IMG/VR virus record: IMGVR_UViG_3300032312_001958 | Strand: one strand, 5' to 3' | Origin: a virus | Taxonomy: Duplodnaviria > Caudoviricetes | DNA: 64,000 nucleotides | In this document: positions 50,240 through 60,935 of the stretch, piece by piece | How positions within the stretch are numbered: the first letter of the stretch is position 1 | Layout of the letters: each line of letters opens with the position of its first letter | Made by a program: the position numbers and the translations under genes | Notes under the pieces: generated by a model | Database searches by the model: none | Told to the model about the DNA's origin: nothing | The model's input: the letters and a program-made list of their open reading frames with translations, nothing else

Positions 50240-51361
50240 TTAAATTACATATATTTGTCTTGGGAAAGCTCTAAACTTCATTTGTTTGTTTAAATTTTCA
50301 GCAGTTAACGCTTCCCTTTCCATCACTTTGTCAGGTTTTAATCTTGTTAAAATACCTTCAGCACCAATTAATTCTTCAATTAATTTTAATTTTTCATCTT
50401 TTCCTTCAGTAGCTAAAGAAGTATAATCCATTGTCAATTCAGAGTCAGGTGTTTTTAAGTTACCTGAATATTTTCCTCTGACTTTTGATAAAGTTTCTTT
50501 ACAACTAGAAATAAAATATCTTCTAACCCATTGTTTTGCGGGATTATTTAAATCCACCCAAGACATGTCATCTTGAGGAACATCTGATGGTAATCTGATA
50601 ATGTCTGGATTTTGTTTAAGACATTTATCCCTATCTGCCGGACCGACATCATAATACCAATACCATACTTTACCTCTCATTAAGGTAGCGTTACCAAAAT
50701 CAAATTTACCTCCAGGAGTTTGCATTAAATGTACCGCCTTTTTACCTTCAGGTAAAGCTGTTATTCTATAAGTTAAATCACCTGCAATAATTCTTCTTTG
50801 AATATTAATTTCCTGCATTCTTAATAACATATCAAATGCTGGCATCATAAAATATGAACCTGAATATCCCATTTGAGAATACCCCCCAGGTCCACCCAAA
50901 CCAACACCACCTAAAGCTCCAAAACTCCATGGGTCAAATAACATATTAGTTAATTCAGCCGGTGTAAACCAAAGTAATTCATTAATTTCTCTATTGGCAG
51001 GAATTTCATAAATTTGTTGTCCGGGAGATAACTGTATATAATCTTTTTTTAATACATCATCTCCACCCGCTTGTAAACCAACAATTTTAGAATATGCGTA
51101 TGAATATCTTTGTTCTAAATTAAAATCTTTAGTAACAAATGCTCTTGATAATGATTGGGTGTCTAAGTTTAATCCCCATAATTGAGCCCATTGAGACTCA
51201 ATCAAAAAATTTTGTACGTATTGTGAATAATCACCTATCGCGAATTCTAATAGGGTATCCATTTGTTCATCCTCAAGTTCTATAGAACGTAAAGGTGCTC
51301 CAAGTACGTGACGTACTTTAGTATATAAATCACTTCTTTGTGGTTCTTCAATTACTGCCAT
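50240..51361 (-). CDS. Neck protein (gp13-like)
   Basis: LGAPLRSIELEDEQ, WVRRY...KETL..VRGKY. Confidence 0.75.
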   Translation of the reverse strand: MAVIEEPQRSDLYTKVRHVLGAPLRSIELEDEQMDTLLEFAIGDYSQYVQNFLIESQWAQLWGLNLDTQSLSRAFVTKDFNLEQRYSYAYSKIVGLQAGGDDVLKKDYIQLSPGQQIYEIPANREINELLWFTPAELTNMLFDPWSFGALGGVGLGGPGGYSQMGYSGSYFMMPAFDMLLRMQEINIQRRIIAGDLTYRITALPEGKKAVHLMQTPGGKFDFGNATLMRGKVWYWYYDVGPADRDKCLKQNPDIIRLPSDVPQDDMSWVDLNNPAKQWVRRYFISSCKETLSKVRGKYSGNLKTPDSELTMDYTSLATEGKDEKLKLIEELIGAEGILTRLKPDKVMEREALTAENLNKQMKFRAFPRQIYVI

Positions 51362-51379
51362 AGTTTTTATTTATAAATA

Positions 51380-52090
51380 TCAATCTGACTTTTTAGTTTT
51401 AGATAAATAAAGTTCATTTATAAACTTCCAATTAATAGCATCCCAAAAATTTATAATGTATTCATCTCTTTTGTTTTGGTATTTTAGATAATAAGCATGT
51501 TCCCATAAATCTAACGCTAATATTGGAAATCCACCTCTGTCAAATATATTCATTAGTGGATTGTCTTGATTTTGAGTAGACATTACTTTTAACTTACCAC
51601 TTTTTGTAATTACTAACCAAACCCACCCTGAACCAAATCTGTTTTTTGCAACAGATTCAAATCTTTCTTTGAATTCTCTATATGAACCAAAATCTTTTTT
51701 TATTTTTTCTAAAATCTCACCGAATGGTTTTTGAGGTGTCGGGGATAACATCTTCCAAAATAATGCGTGGTTAAACGCTCCACCAGCATTATTTCTGATT
51801 ATTGTATTGTATTTTGAAATTTGTCTAACAATTTTTTCTAGCTCAACGTCCCCGTAATCTTTTTTTCTTAATGCTGAATTTAATTTTTTTACGTAACCTT
51901 TGTAGTGTTTTTGATAATGAAACTTCATAGTTTCAGGGTCAATAAATCTACGTAATGACGCATATCCATAAGGTAACTTATCAATACCTATGGTTTTCAT
52001 TTCATTTATAAAATATTTTGTTTCAGGTAAGACAATCTCACCTGTTATTTTTTTATGTAAAGATTCTGATAATAAATTTAATGATTTCAT
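51380..52090 (-). CDS. sodA: Fe/Mn superoxide dismutase with N-terminal extension
   Basis: LPYGY, HYQKH, NAGGAFNHALFW, FGSGWVWL, NQDNP, DLWEHAYY. ATG at 52090 preferred. Confidence 0.93.
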   Translation of the reverse strand: MKSLNLLSESLHKKITGEIVLPETKYFINEMKTIGIDKLPYGYASLRRFIDPETMKFHYQKHYKGYVKKLNSALRKKDYGDVELEKIVRQISKYNTIIRNNAGGAFNHALFWKMLSPTPQKPFGEILEKIKKDFGSYREFKERFESVAKNRFGSGWVWLVITKSGKLKVMSTQNQDNPLMNIFDRGGFPILALDLWEHAYYLKYQNKRDEYIINFWDAINWKFINELYLSKTKKSD

Positions 52091-52103
52091 CAATAATAAA
52101 TAC

Positions 52104-53861
52104 TTACTTATTATTGATTTCGTTAAGTATTTGTTCAACAATATCTGAGGATGTACCGTCGTCACCCATTACAGTCCCTATTATTTTTTTCTTACTATCT
52201 AATATATCGTAGATTACCCCTTCAATTGTATTTTCAAAAATTGGGTAATAAACTGATACTGAATTTTTTTGTCCATATCGATAAGCTCTATCTTCCGCTT
52301 GTGAGTGGTCTGCAGGTACAAATGACAAATCATTCATAATCACTGCCTCAGCAGCGGTTAAAGTTAAACCAACCCCCGCAGCTTTCATATTACCACAAAA
52401 AACTTGGATTTTGTCACTTTCTTGGAATTTATCCACAGCATCCTGTCTTGCAGGTTTTGTAGTTGACCCATCTAAGTACACAGATTTTTTACCAAAATGT
52501 TCATGTATTTTTTTTAAAGGCTCGGTAAAATTACTAAAAATTATGACTTTTTTACCTTGTTCTAAAATATTTTCAGCTAACTCAATTGTTGTGGATATTT
52601 TTTCTTCGGCGATAACTTGTCTTACTTTCATTAATTTTGTAAATTGTATTGAAAGTGATTTAGATTCTTCTTGTCTATTATTATACCAATCATAATACTC
52701 ACCCATTAACCCTTCATAAAATTTTGATTTTAATCTTAGATAAACGGGAGTCATAATTTTTTCAGGTAAATCTAAAACATCAGTTTTTAACCTTCTTAAA
52801 ATTTGACGAGAAGTTCTCTCTCTAAGTTCTTCTAAATTTGAAGCTCCTGTAACGTTCCAAACTTTTTTACTGCCAACCCTAAATTGATATCCATTACAAT
52901 ATCGGATAGCGTACGCCATCCAATTTTGACTAACAGGACTATCTATTAATTTTAAAAGATTATAATAGTTCATCGGTCTTGATGTCATCGGAGTACCTGT
53001 TAATAACCAAAGTTTATTAATACTCTTGGTTAAATCCATTATAATTTTTGTCCTTTGAGCCTGAGCGTTAGAAACATAGTGAGCCTCATCAATAATAATT
53101 AAATCAAAATTAGATTTTAATATTAATGAATTTTCTTTGTCTTTTGGGTCGTGGAAATTTTTTAAAATGTCATAATTTGCGATAATATAATCTGAATCCT
53201 CAAACTTTTTACCTTCACAGATATAAACACTTTTTTCAGTATAATTACGAATTTCTCTTTCCCAATTTATTTTTAAAGATGCTGGACAAATAATCAAAAC
53301 TTTTTTTGCTCCACTTTCTAAACTAGCAATTACTGTTGATGTGGTTTTACCTAAACCCATATCATCGGCCAAAATAAACTTGTCGTTTTTTAAAAGTTTC
53401 TCAATTGCTTCTTTTTGATGAGATAATGGAGGTCGATTACCATATTTAGAATAATCAACTTCAACAAAATTTTCTTTATACTGTTTTACTATTGCGGCTT
53501 TTGGGACCCAAAAATCGTGAATAGTTTCACCACTATGTACCTTACCCCAAATATGGTATGATTTATCTTTATCTATTAAAATTTTCTCAACGTAAATTTT
53601 ATCAGGTTCTTTAATGAATGGGTTATCTTCAACAAGTTTTTTTGAAAAGTAAGAATCAATATCAACCCATTTTTTCGCAACTTTAGGTGTTGTGTTTGAA
53701 TAATTTATAACATACTCACACTGAGACCTCGTTGGGATATGTTTTTTGTTAGACTCGCACTGTTTTTTTATTTTTAAAATATAGTTATTTGACCCTTCGT
53801 ATTTTTCTAAAATACTGAGAGCTTTTTGTTCAATACTAATATTTTGTAAATTGTTTTCCAA
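52104..53861 (-). CDS. SNF2-family helicase
   Basis: ADDMGLGKT, DEAH, TGTP, QAEDRAYRYGQ. Confidence 0.95.
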   Translation of the reverse strand: MENNLQNISIEQKALSILEKYEGSNNYILKIKKQCESNKKHIPTRSQCEYVINYSNTTPKVAKKWVDIDSYFSKKLVEDNPFIKEPDKIYVEKILIDKDKSYHIWGKVHSGETIHDFWVPKAAIVKQYKENFVEVDYSKYGNRPPLSHQKEAIEKLLKNDKFILADDMGLGKTTSTVIASLESGAKKVLIICPASLKINWEREIRNYTEKSVYICEGKKFEDSDYIIANYDILKNFHDPKDKENSLILKSNFDLIIIDEAHYVSNAQAQRTKIIMDLTKSINKLWLLTGTPMTSRPMNYYNLLKLIDSPVSQNWMAYAIRYCNGYQFRVGSKKVWNVTGASNLEELRERTSRQILRRLKTDVLDLPEKIMTPVYLRLKSKFYEGLMGEYYDWYNNRQEESKSLSIQFTKLMKVRQVIAEEKISTTIELAENILEQGKKVIIFSNFTEPLKKIHEHFGKKSVYLDGSTTKPARQDAVDKFQESDKIQVFCGNMKAAGVGLTLTAAEAVIMNDLSFVPADHSQAEDRAYRYGQKNSVSVYYPIFENTIEGVIYDILDSKKKIIGTVMGDDGTSSDIVEQILNEINNK

Positions 53862-53885
53862 TCTATCAACTTTCCATTATGTCTA

Positions 53886-53914
53886 ATAATAAGTAAAATA
53901 AAGATATTTATCAA
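53886..53914 (-). promoter_or_regulatory. Sigma70-like promoter for the helicase, overlapping the divergent late motif
   Basis: TTGATA-N17-TATTAT on the minus strand; TATTTAT at 53905-53911 on the plus strand. Confidence 0.45.
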
Positions 53915-53915
53915 T

Positions 53916-54431
53916 ATGTCACAGAGAAATGTACCAATAACAAGGTTAGGAAAATTTTTTGGAGCTGAAGATTTTAGTTTAGATGTCGGTATGGGGAGAG
54001 AATGGCTAGAAGGGGACATGAACTTTACATTAGTATTATATAAAGTCGACAAAAGAAAAACTGATTTAGATGATGTCTATGGAGAGGCGTTAAAGAATGG
54101 TATTAAATTTTTACCTCCTGTTGAATTTAAAGCTTACGTACAGGTGATGGCTCCTGAAAACAAAAATATTGGTAACAGTAAGATTAATCAATTTGAACCT
54201 GGTAATATGAGAATATCGGTTTATCAAAAACAGTTAGATGAACTCGGTATTGATATTGATTATGGTGACTACATTGGGTATTATGAAAAAGAAAATAGAG
54301 TTAGATACTATGTAATTAATAATGACGGTAGGGTTACTTCCGATAATAAACATACTTATGCGGGTTACAAACCTTTTTACAGGACTATGATGGCATCCGC
54401 AGTAGGACCTAACGAATTTAATGGTTTATAA
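53916..54431 (+). CDS. Neck/head-closure protein (gp14-like)
   Basis: DDVYGE and GDYI motifs; position before tail terminator and sheath. Confidence 0.6.
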   Translation: MSQRNVPITRLGKFFGAEDFSLDVGMGREWLEGDMNFTLVLYKVDKRKTDLDDVYGEALKNGIKFLPPVEFKAYVQVMAPENKNIGNSKINQFEPGNMRISVYQKQLDELGIDIDYGDYIGYYEKENRVRYYVINNDGRVTSDNKHTYAGYKPFYRTMMASAVGPNEFNGL

Positions 54432-54432
54432 A

Positions 54433-55470
54433 ATGGGTTTACCAAAAAAAATAAAAAAAGATATTAATCTAATTCCTAAAAAAGAAGGATTACCTCGTAG
54501 AATAGAAATGCTTGATATGATTAATGAGCATGGAACATTTTTACCAAAATCTATATTACATGAAGATTTAGACAGGGGTTTTTTAGATTTTGTTAAAAAT
54601 GATTTGGAGACAATTTCTGAAGGTCAAAAGATTCCTGTTATTGACATAATCATGACAACTCAAAATTGGTCAAATTTTACAAAGACATGGGAGTTTCAAA
54701 ATCTTGATAAGAATCCTGAACCCCCCTTTGTCACAACAATTAGAAACCCTGAAGTGAAGTACGGTTCTTTACCTTCTCTTTTATGGACCATACCAAACAG
54801 AAGACAATATTATTACGCATCAGTTCCAACATGGGACGGAGAAAGAAAAGGGTACGATGTTTACACTATCCCACAACCTGTACCTGTAGACATTACATAC
54901 TCAGTTAAAATAGTTTGTAATCGAATGAGAGAACTTAATAAGTTTAATAAAAAAGTAATTGAAAAATTTTCGTCTCGTCAGGCTTACACAAATGTAAAAG
55001 GTCACTATATACCGATTATTATGAATGAAATTTCAGATGAATCAGTTATGGATATAGAAAAAAGAAGGTATTATATACAAAGTTATGGCTTTACACTAAT
55101 GGGATTTTTAATTGACGAGGATGAATTTGAGGTTAAACCGGCAGTTAATAGAGTATTACAGTTAATTGAAACGGACACAAAAAAAGTGAAATCTAAGAAG
55201 ATTAAAAATGAAACTTTACCGTCACCAAGTTTTGTATTTAATTTTGAAAATAATGAGGTGTCCACTTCCCAACAATTAAAGTATACTGCAAATTTAACAG
55301 TTGAATCTAAAATTAATATAACAAGTTATTACGTATATATTAATGGATTATTTTATGGTTCAAATTCAACAATAATTCAAGTTAATAACGGGGACACATT
55401 ACAGATTGATATACAAAAACTTACTATTGGTGAGTCTTCACAAATGAATTTGGCGATTGAGTTAATTTAA
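54433..55470 (+). CDS. Tail terminator/sheath stabiliser (gp15-like)
   Basis: PVPVDITY..., F.l.Gfl; position upstream of the sheath. Confidence 0.6.
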   Translation: MGLPKKIKKDINLIPKKEGLPRRIEMLDMINEHGTFLPKSILHEDLDRGFLDFVKNDLETISEGQKIPVIDIIMTTQNWSNFTKTWEFQNLDKNPEPPFVTTIRNPEVKYGSLPSLLWTIPNRRQYYYASVPTWDGERKGYDVYTIPQPVPVDITYSVKIVCNRMRELNKFNKKVIEKFSSRQAYTNVKGHYIPIIMNEISDESVMDIEKRRYYIQSYGFTLMGFLIDEDEFEVKPAVNRVLQLIETDTKKVKSKKIKNETLPSPSFVFNFENNEVSTSQQLKYTANLTVESKINITSYYVYINGLFYGSNSTIIQVNNGDTLQIDIQKLTIGESSQMNLAIELI

Positions 55471-55617
55471 TTACTCTCCGTAAATATCATTTTTATTTGT
55501 ACAGTTTTTTTTAATTAACATTTCAACAAACTTATTTATTTTAAGACCGTGTTTATCGCAATGTTTTTTTAATAAATCATGATGATATTCTGATATTTTT
55601 AAATTTTTAATTTTCAT
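55471..55617 (-). CDS. Small ribbon-helix-helix DNA-binding protein (not in ORF track)
   Basis: My translation: MKIKNLKISEYHHDLLKKHCDKHGLKINKFVEMLIKKNCTNKNDIYGE*. Strand-helix-G-helix pattern. Confidence 0.7.
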   Translation of the reverse strand: MKIKNLKISEYHHDLLKKHCDKHGLKINKFVEMLIKKNCTNKNDIYGE

Positions 55618-55734
55618 AGGATAAAAAAGTAGAAAAAATTCATACTAAATAATAAATAGATTAAATTATGTAAAGTTTTTTGAAAAACCTGAAAGTATTT
55701 ATATAAAAATAAATTATAAAAAAACTTACATTAA

Positions 55735-58700
55735 ATGGCTAAATCAAACACAGTTTACGTTTCTCCGGGTGTGTATACATCTGAAAGAGATTTGAGTTTT
55801 GTGTCTCAAAATGTCGGTGTAACTACTTTAGGTATTGTTGGGGAAACGGTTAAAGGTCCCGCCTTTGAGCCGATTTTCATCACAAATTATGATGAATTCC
55901 AACTTTACTTTGGTGGAACAACACCTGAAAAATTTGTGAACACACAAATACCTAAGTATGAGGCCGCATATATTGCGAAATCTTACCTACAACAATCTAA
56001 TCAACTTTTTGTAACTCGTGTATTAGGATTATCGGGTTATGATGCGGGGCCTTCGTGGTCTATCAGTACTGTTGCAAATGTTGATTGTAATACTGTTGGA
56101 TTCAATAATACATCAGTTAACTACTCATTTACATTTATAGGAACTACTGCTTCAACATCTACAATTTCGTTTTTGAGTAACCCTCCTTCAGTAATTAACG
56201 CTAATTTTACTGAAAATTATACAACATTTAACGGAGGAACGTCAACAATTTCAGACGATGTTAAATCCTTGTTGTTAAACATTATGAGAACGCCAGCATC
56301 TTCAGCATATACTGCGAGTGTTTGGGGTACTATCCCTTCAAGTGAGTATGTAACATTTGCATCCATTTATACTGGAATAACTAACGAATTTGGAGTAACT
56401 AGTTTATCGGCAATTACATGTAACGCGAATAACGACCCATGGTTTTATTCAAATTTTGATTTAACTACAGGTAATTCATACTCAGGTTATTCGTTCAATG
56501 GGGCAGTTAGGTCTTTATCTGGTAATTCTTCAGGGCAATTCTCAGGAAGTGTATCAGGTACTTACTATACATTAACAGGTACTGCTTTTTCAAATTATAA
56601 TAATATTGTTGTAACAACCCTTCGCTCAAGAGGATTAGCTGATTACGCTAATGATGCGGGTCCAGTTTATCAGGTATCAGGAACTTCTAATTTAAATATG
56701 ATTTGTTCAGGAGCGTATTCAGGTGTTACTAAAAATCCGTTTACAACTTTCTTGTTGTCGGGAGTTACTATTGAAAATACAAACTTCACTTATGAAGTTA
56801 ACTTACTTGAGACAAGTCCAAACTACATTTCAAAAGTGCTTGGAGTTTCAAATTTTGGAAAACCAAGAACAACTTTCCCATTATTTGTTGAAGAAACTTA
56901 TTCTACTTTGTTAAATTATGCATATAACAAAGGTTACATTAGAGGATTAAATTGTACATTAGATACTACAAGTAAAGCTAGAGATTTGACAGCCGATTCT
57001 TTAGGATGGTATTTGGAACAATATCAAAGTGCTGAGTCTCCTTGGGTAGTATCAGAATTAAGAGGTAATAAAGTGTATGAATTATTTAAATTTTTTACAA
57101 TTGCCGATGGTAATAATTCAAATACTCAAGTAAAAGTCACAATTGCGAATATTTCGTTTACAAATGGAACATTTGATGTTGTGGTTAGAGATTTTTATGA
57201 TACCGATAGTAATCCTGTTGTAGTTGAAAAATTCTCAAACTGTAGTATGGACCCAGGTTTGAATAATTATATCGCTAAAAAAATTGGTACGTCTGATGGA
57301 GAATTCCAATTAAATTCTAAATATATCATGTTAGAAGTTAATATGGATGCACCAATTGACGCATTACCTTGTGGATTTGAGGGATACATCAATAGAGAAT
57401 ATCCTTCAGCGTCACCATCTTACCCTGTTTATAAGACTAAATACTATATTCCAGGTGAGACAATATATGACCCTCCTTTTGGTAATTCCGCAGGAACTAA
57501 TAATGACACCCAAAGTTCAGGTGATAATGTTAGAAGAAGTTATTTAGGTTTTTCAAGTCAGTTTGGTGTTGATGAATCATTATTGATTTACAAGGGAAAA
57601 CAAAACCCTGTAAGTGATTTCTGTGATGCGACAACTGGTTCTGATTGGGCATATCTTTCTAAAGGTTTCCACATGGATAGTGGAGCTACCGCTATTACAA
57701 TTTCACAACTTAATCCTAATTATGGAGGTTTAGTGACATCAGGTAATCAAGCATTTGACTGTGGTGTCGCATCTTTCAATTCAGAACCAACATCTGAAAC
57801 AAACCCATATTATAGATTATTCTCACGTAAATTTACTATGGTTCTCCAAGGAGGTTTTGATGGATGGGATATCTATACAGAAAGAAGAACAAATTCAGAT
57901 AGATTTGTATTAGGAAGAAGTGGATATTTGGCAGGAGCATGTGTATCAACAACATATCCATTAGCTACAGGTACAGGAATGTTTAAACAAATCACTGTAG
58001 GTGAAAATAGTGTGGATTGGGCAAACACTGACTACTACGCATACTTGCTAGGTCAACAAACCTTCTCAAATCCTGAGGCAGTTAACATCAATGTGTTTGT
58101 TACACCTGGTATTGACATTGATAACAACAGTAATCTTGTAGAATCAGCAATTGACATGATTGAGAATGACAGAGCTGACTCAATATACATTACAACAATT
58201 CCTGACTTCAATTTGTTACAACCATCAACATCTATGGATAATTTATACTATCCACAAGAGGTTGTAGATATTTTAGAAACTGCAGGTATTGATTCGAACT
58301 ATACCGCAACTTACTATCCTTGGGTATTAACTCGTGATACTGTTAATAACACACAAATTTATCTTCCAGCAACTGCTGAAGTAACAAGAAACTTGGCATT
58401 AACGGATAACATTGCATTCCCATGGTTCGCAGCCGCAGGTTACACAAGAGGATTGGTAAACGCTATCAAAGCTCGTAAAAAGTTAACTCAAGAAGACAGA
58501 GACACATTGTACAAAGGTAGAATTAATCCTATCGCAACTTTCAATGATGTAGGGACTGTTATTTGGGGTAATAAAACTCTTCAAATTAGAGAGTCAGCAT
58601 TAGATAGAATTAACGTTAGAAGATTGTTGTTACAAGCACGTAAGTTGATTTCAGCGGTGGCGGTAAGATTATTGTTTGAACAAAACGACGCGGTAGTTAG

Positions 58701-58914
58701 ACAACAATTCTTAGATTCGGTTAATCCAATCTTAGATTCTATTCGTAGAGACAGAGGTTTATATGACTTTAGAGTTACAGTTCAAAACACTCCTGAAGAT
58801 TTAGATAGAAACCAAATGATAGGTAAGATTTACATCAAACCAACTAAAGCTCTTGAATTTATTGATATTGAGTTCTTAATTACTCCAACTGGAGCTTCTT
58901 TTGAAAACATCTAA
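55735..58914 (+). CDS. gp18: Contractile tail sheath protein (large)
   Basis: SPGVYTSERD, YYPW, PWFAAAGYTRG, INPI, WGNKT, DRINVRRL, EFIDIEF. Confidence 0.96.
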   Translation: MAKSNTVYVSPGVYTSERDLSFVSQNVGVTTLGIVGETVKGPAFEPIFITNYDEFQLYFGGTTPEKFVNTQIPKYEAAYIAKSYLQQSNQLFVTRVLGLSGYDAGPSWSISTVANVDCNTVGFNNTSVNYSFTFIGTTASTSTISFLSNPPSVINANFTENYTTFNGGTSTISDDVKSLLLNIMRTPASSAYTASVWGTIPSSEYVTFASIYTGITNEFGVTSLSAITCNANNDPWFYSNFDLTTGNSYSGYSFNGAVRSLSGNSSGQFSGSVSGTYYTLTGTAFSNYNNIVVTTLRSRGLADYANDAGPVYQVSGTSNLNMICSGAYSGVTKNPFTTFLLSGVTIENTNFTYEVNLLETSPNYISKVLGVSNFGKPRTTFPLFVEETYSTLLNYAYNKGYIRGLNCTLDTTSKARDLTADSLGWYLEQYQSAESPWVVSELRGNKVYELFKFFTIADGNNSNTQVKVTIANISFTNGTFDVVVRDFYDTDSNPVVVEKFSNCSMDPGLNNYIAKKIGTSDGEFQLNSKYIMLEVNMDAPIDALPCGFEGYINREYPSASPSYPVYKTKYYIPGETIYDPPFGNSAGTNNDTQSSGDNVRRSYLGFSSQFGVDESLLIYKGKQNPVSDFCDATTGSDWAYLSKGFHMDSGATAITISQLNPNYGGLVTSGNQAFDCGVASFNSEPTSETNPYYRLFSRKFTMVLQGGFDGWDIYTERRTNSDRFVLGRSGYLAGACVSTTYPLATGTGMFKQITVGENSVDWANTDYYAYLLGQQTFSNPEAVNINVFVTPGIDIDNNSNLVESAIDMIENDRADSIYITTIPDFNLLQPSTSMDNLYYPQEVVDILETAGIDSNYTATYYPWVLTRDTVNNTQIYLPATAEVTRNLALTDNIAFPWFAAAGYTRGLVNAIKARKKLTQEDRDTLYKGRINPIATFNDVGTVIWGNKTLQIRESALDRINVRRLLLQARKLISAVAVRLLFEQNDAVVRQQFLDSVNPILDSIRRDRGLYDFRVTVQNTPEDLDRNQMIGKIYIKPTKALEFIDIEFLITPTGASFENI

Positions 58915-58931
58915 TATTAAACAATAATTAT

Positions 58932-58957
58932 AAAAACCCCCTTATTGGGGGTTTTTT
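58932..58957 (+). terminator. Rho-independent terminator after the sheath gene
   Basis: aaaaaccccc-ttatt-gggggtttttt. Confidence 0.88.
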
Positions 58958-58980
58958 ATTTTAAACAATATTTATATAAT

Positions 58981-59823
58981 ATGAAAAGAATTTTTGAAGG
59001 TTTCACAGAAGAGGGTACTCCTGATTTAAAATATTATGCATTTGATTGGGATGATAATATAATGTATATGCCAACTAAAATTATCTTAAAAGAAAAAAAT
59101 GGTAAAGAGGTTGGTATGGGTACTCATGATTTTGCCAAATACCGTACATTAATTGGAAAAGAAGAGTTTGAATATAATGGTAATACTATTGTAGGATTTT
59201 CAGATGACCCGTTTAGATATTTTGGAGAAAAAGGTGATGAAGAATTTTTGATTGGTTGTTTGATGGCAAAAAAAGGACCTGCTTGGAGTGATTTTGTAGA
59301 AGCAATAAACGGGGGGTCAATTTTTTCAATTATTACCGCAAGAGGTCATCACCCAAATACATTAAAAAGGGCAGTTAAACAATTGATTGACGGTGAAATT
59401 GATGGTATTTCTAAACAAGAAATTGTTAAAAATTTAAAAAAATATAGAGATAAAGTTAAAGGACTCCCAACTGAAAAGTTAGATGACAATACACTTATAA
59501 ATTTATATTTAGAAATGTGTCAATTTTATCCTGTTACACATGGTGAAGGAAGTGCGACAAGTCCTGAAGATGGTAAAGTTAAAGCTATGAGAAAATTTAT
59601 ATCATATGTCAGACAACAGGCAAAACTTTTACAAAAAGACGTAGAAATGATTGACGATGTATCTAATTCGTTTGTACCACAAATAGGTTTTTCAGATGAT
59701 GATGAAAGAAATTTACAAGCAATGATTAATAAATTATCAGATGATGAAGAAAAATCTTTAAAAATGTATACTACTAAAACTGGTGAAAAAAAGAAATTCC
59801 AAGGAACTAGTAATGAAGACTAG
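58981..59823 (+). CDS. HAD-superfamily phosphatase-like protein
   Basis: AFDWDDN, ITARG, K, FSDDD. ATG at 58981 follows TATTTAT. Confidence 0.65.
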   Translation: MKRIFEGFTEEGTPDLKYYAFDWDDNIMYMPTKIILKEKNGKEVGMGTHDFAKYRTLIGKEEFEYNGNTIVGFSDDPFRYFGEKGDEEFLIGCLMAKKGPAWSDFVEAINGGSIFSIITARGHHPNTLKRAVKQLIDGEIDGISKQEIVKNLKKYRDKVKGLPTEKLDDNTLINLYLEMCQFYPVTHGEGSATSPEDGKVKAMRKFISYVRQQAKLLQKDVEMIDDVSNSFVPQIGFSDDDERNLQAMINKLSDDEEKSLKMYTTKTGEKKKFQGTSNED

Positions 59824-59890
59824 TACAAGTATTTTAAAAAAAAAACAAAAGTAAATACATTTTTTTTTCAATTCAGTTATATTATATAAT

Positions 59891-60550
59891 ATGATATATA
59901 TTTTTTCACACTTAGGTTTAGGTGACCATATAATATGTAACGGAATTGTTAGATATTATTCTGAAATTTACGAAAAAGTTTTTGTATTTGTTAGACAACA
60001 CAATTTTAGTAATGTTAGTTATATGTACAGAGACAATCCAAATATTATTCCCATTGTTGCTGGGGATGAGTTTGAAATTGAAAATTACATTGAAGAAAAT
60101 AAACTTTTAGACAAGGTAATTAAAGTTGGATATGATGGGTTAACATTTAATGAAGAAACTACATTTGATGTTGAATTTTATAAAACAATTGGTTTAGATT
60201 TTTCATTAAGGTTTGATAAATTTTATTTTTTAAGGGATTATCAAATAGAGTCTGACATTTTGAAAAAACTTAACCCAAATAATGAAAAATATATCTTTAC
60301 ACATGGGGTCGACCATGATAGGATAAGTACTGAATATAAAATAATTACAAACCCTATTGAATATAAAGTTTTTGATTTATTGACATTGATTGAAAATGCT
60401 GAAGAAGTTCACATTATGGAATCAAGTATAAAAAATATAATAAACTCATATAAATTTAAAAAACCAAAAATTTATTTTCATACTTATAGTCGAGGATATT
60501 CAAATTATTACCATTCAGTTGGTCTAAATGACTTTATATATATTGATTGA
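59891..60550 (+). CDS. Putative glycosyltransferase-like protein
   Basis: HLGLGD.I..NG, IENAEEVH..ESS (GT9/fucosyltransferase-like). Confidence 0.5.
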   Translation: MIYIFSHLGLGDHIICNGIVRYYSEIYEKVFVFVRQHNFSNVSYMYRDNPNIIPIVAGDEFEIENYIEENKLLDKVIKVGYDGLTFNEETTFDVEFYKTIGLDFSLRFDKFYFLRDYQIESDILKKLNPNNEKYIFTHGVDHDRISTEYKIITNPIEYKVFDLLTLIENAEEVHIMESSIKNIINSYKFKKPKIYFHTYSRGYSNYYHSVGLNDFIYID

Positions 60551-60551
60551 A

Positions 60552-60935
60552 ATGAATGAAGAAACAATAAGTGTTAGTATTGGGGAATTATTAGATAAAT
60601 TATCCATTTTAAAAATTAAAAAAAATAAAATAAAAGATTGTTTAAAATTAAGATATATAAATTCAGAATTTTTACATATTAACGAAAAAAGTACTGAGTA
60701 TTTAAAAAACCCAAAAGTAAAAAAATTGTTTAAAAAAATTTACAAAACAAATAAAATTTTATGGGATTTAGAGGATAAAATCAGAAAAAAAGAAAAACAA
60801 AATAAATTTAACAATAAATTTATAGAAATATCTATTAAAATTTGTGAAACGAATGATTTAAGGTTTGTTATAAAAAATAAAATTAACCAAATCACTAATT
60901 CAAAATATAAAGAACAAAAAGATTATTCTGTATAA
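60552..60935 (+). CDS. DUF6165-like protein
   Basis: VSIGELLDKLSILKIK...LWDLEDKIR...ND.R..IKNKIN. Confidence 0.7.
   Translation: MNEETISVSIGELLDKLSILKIKKNKIKDCLKLRYINSEFLHINEKSTEYLKNPKVKKLFKKIYKTNKILWDLEDKIRKKEKQNKFNNKFIEISIKICETNDLRFVIKNKINQITNSKYKEQKDYSV

Noticed and set aside
47106-53861. Inteins or introns in the polymerase and helicase
   Set aside because: The motifs are collinear, with no evident intein termini, homing-endonuclease motifs or frame breaks.
14410-57547. Many 60-165 aa ORFs nested in or antisense to long genes (e.g. 14410, 19064, 34228, 36982, 49556, 49932, 52411, 56723)
   Set aside because: They overlap well-supported genes and have the composition expected of reverse or shifted frames.
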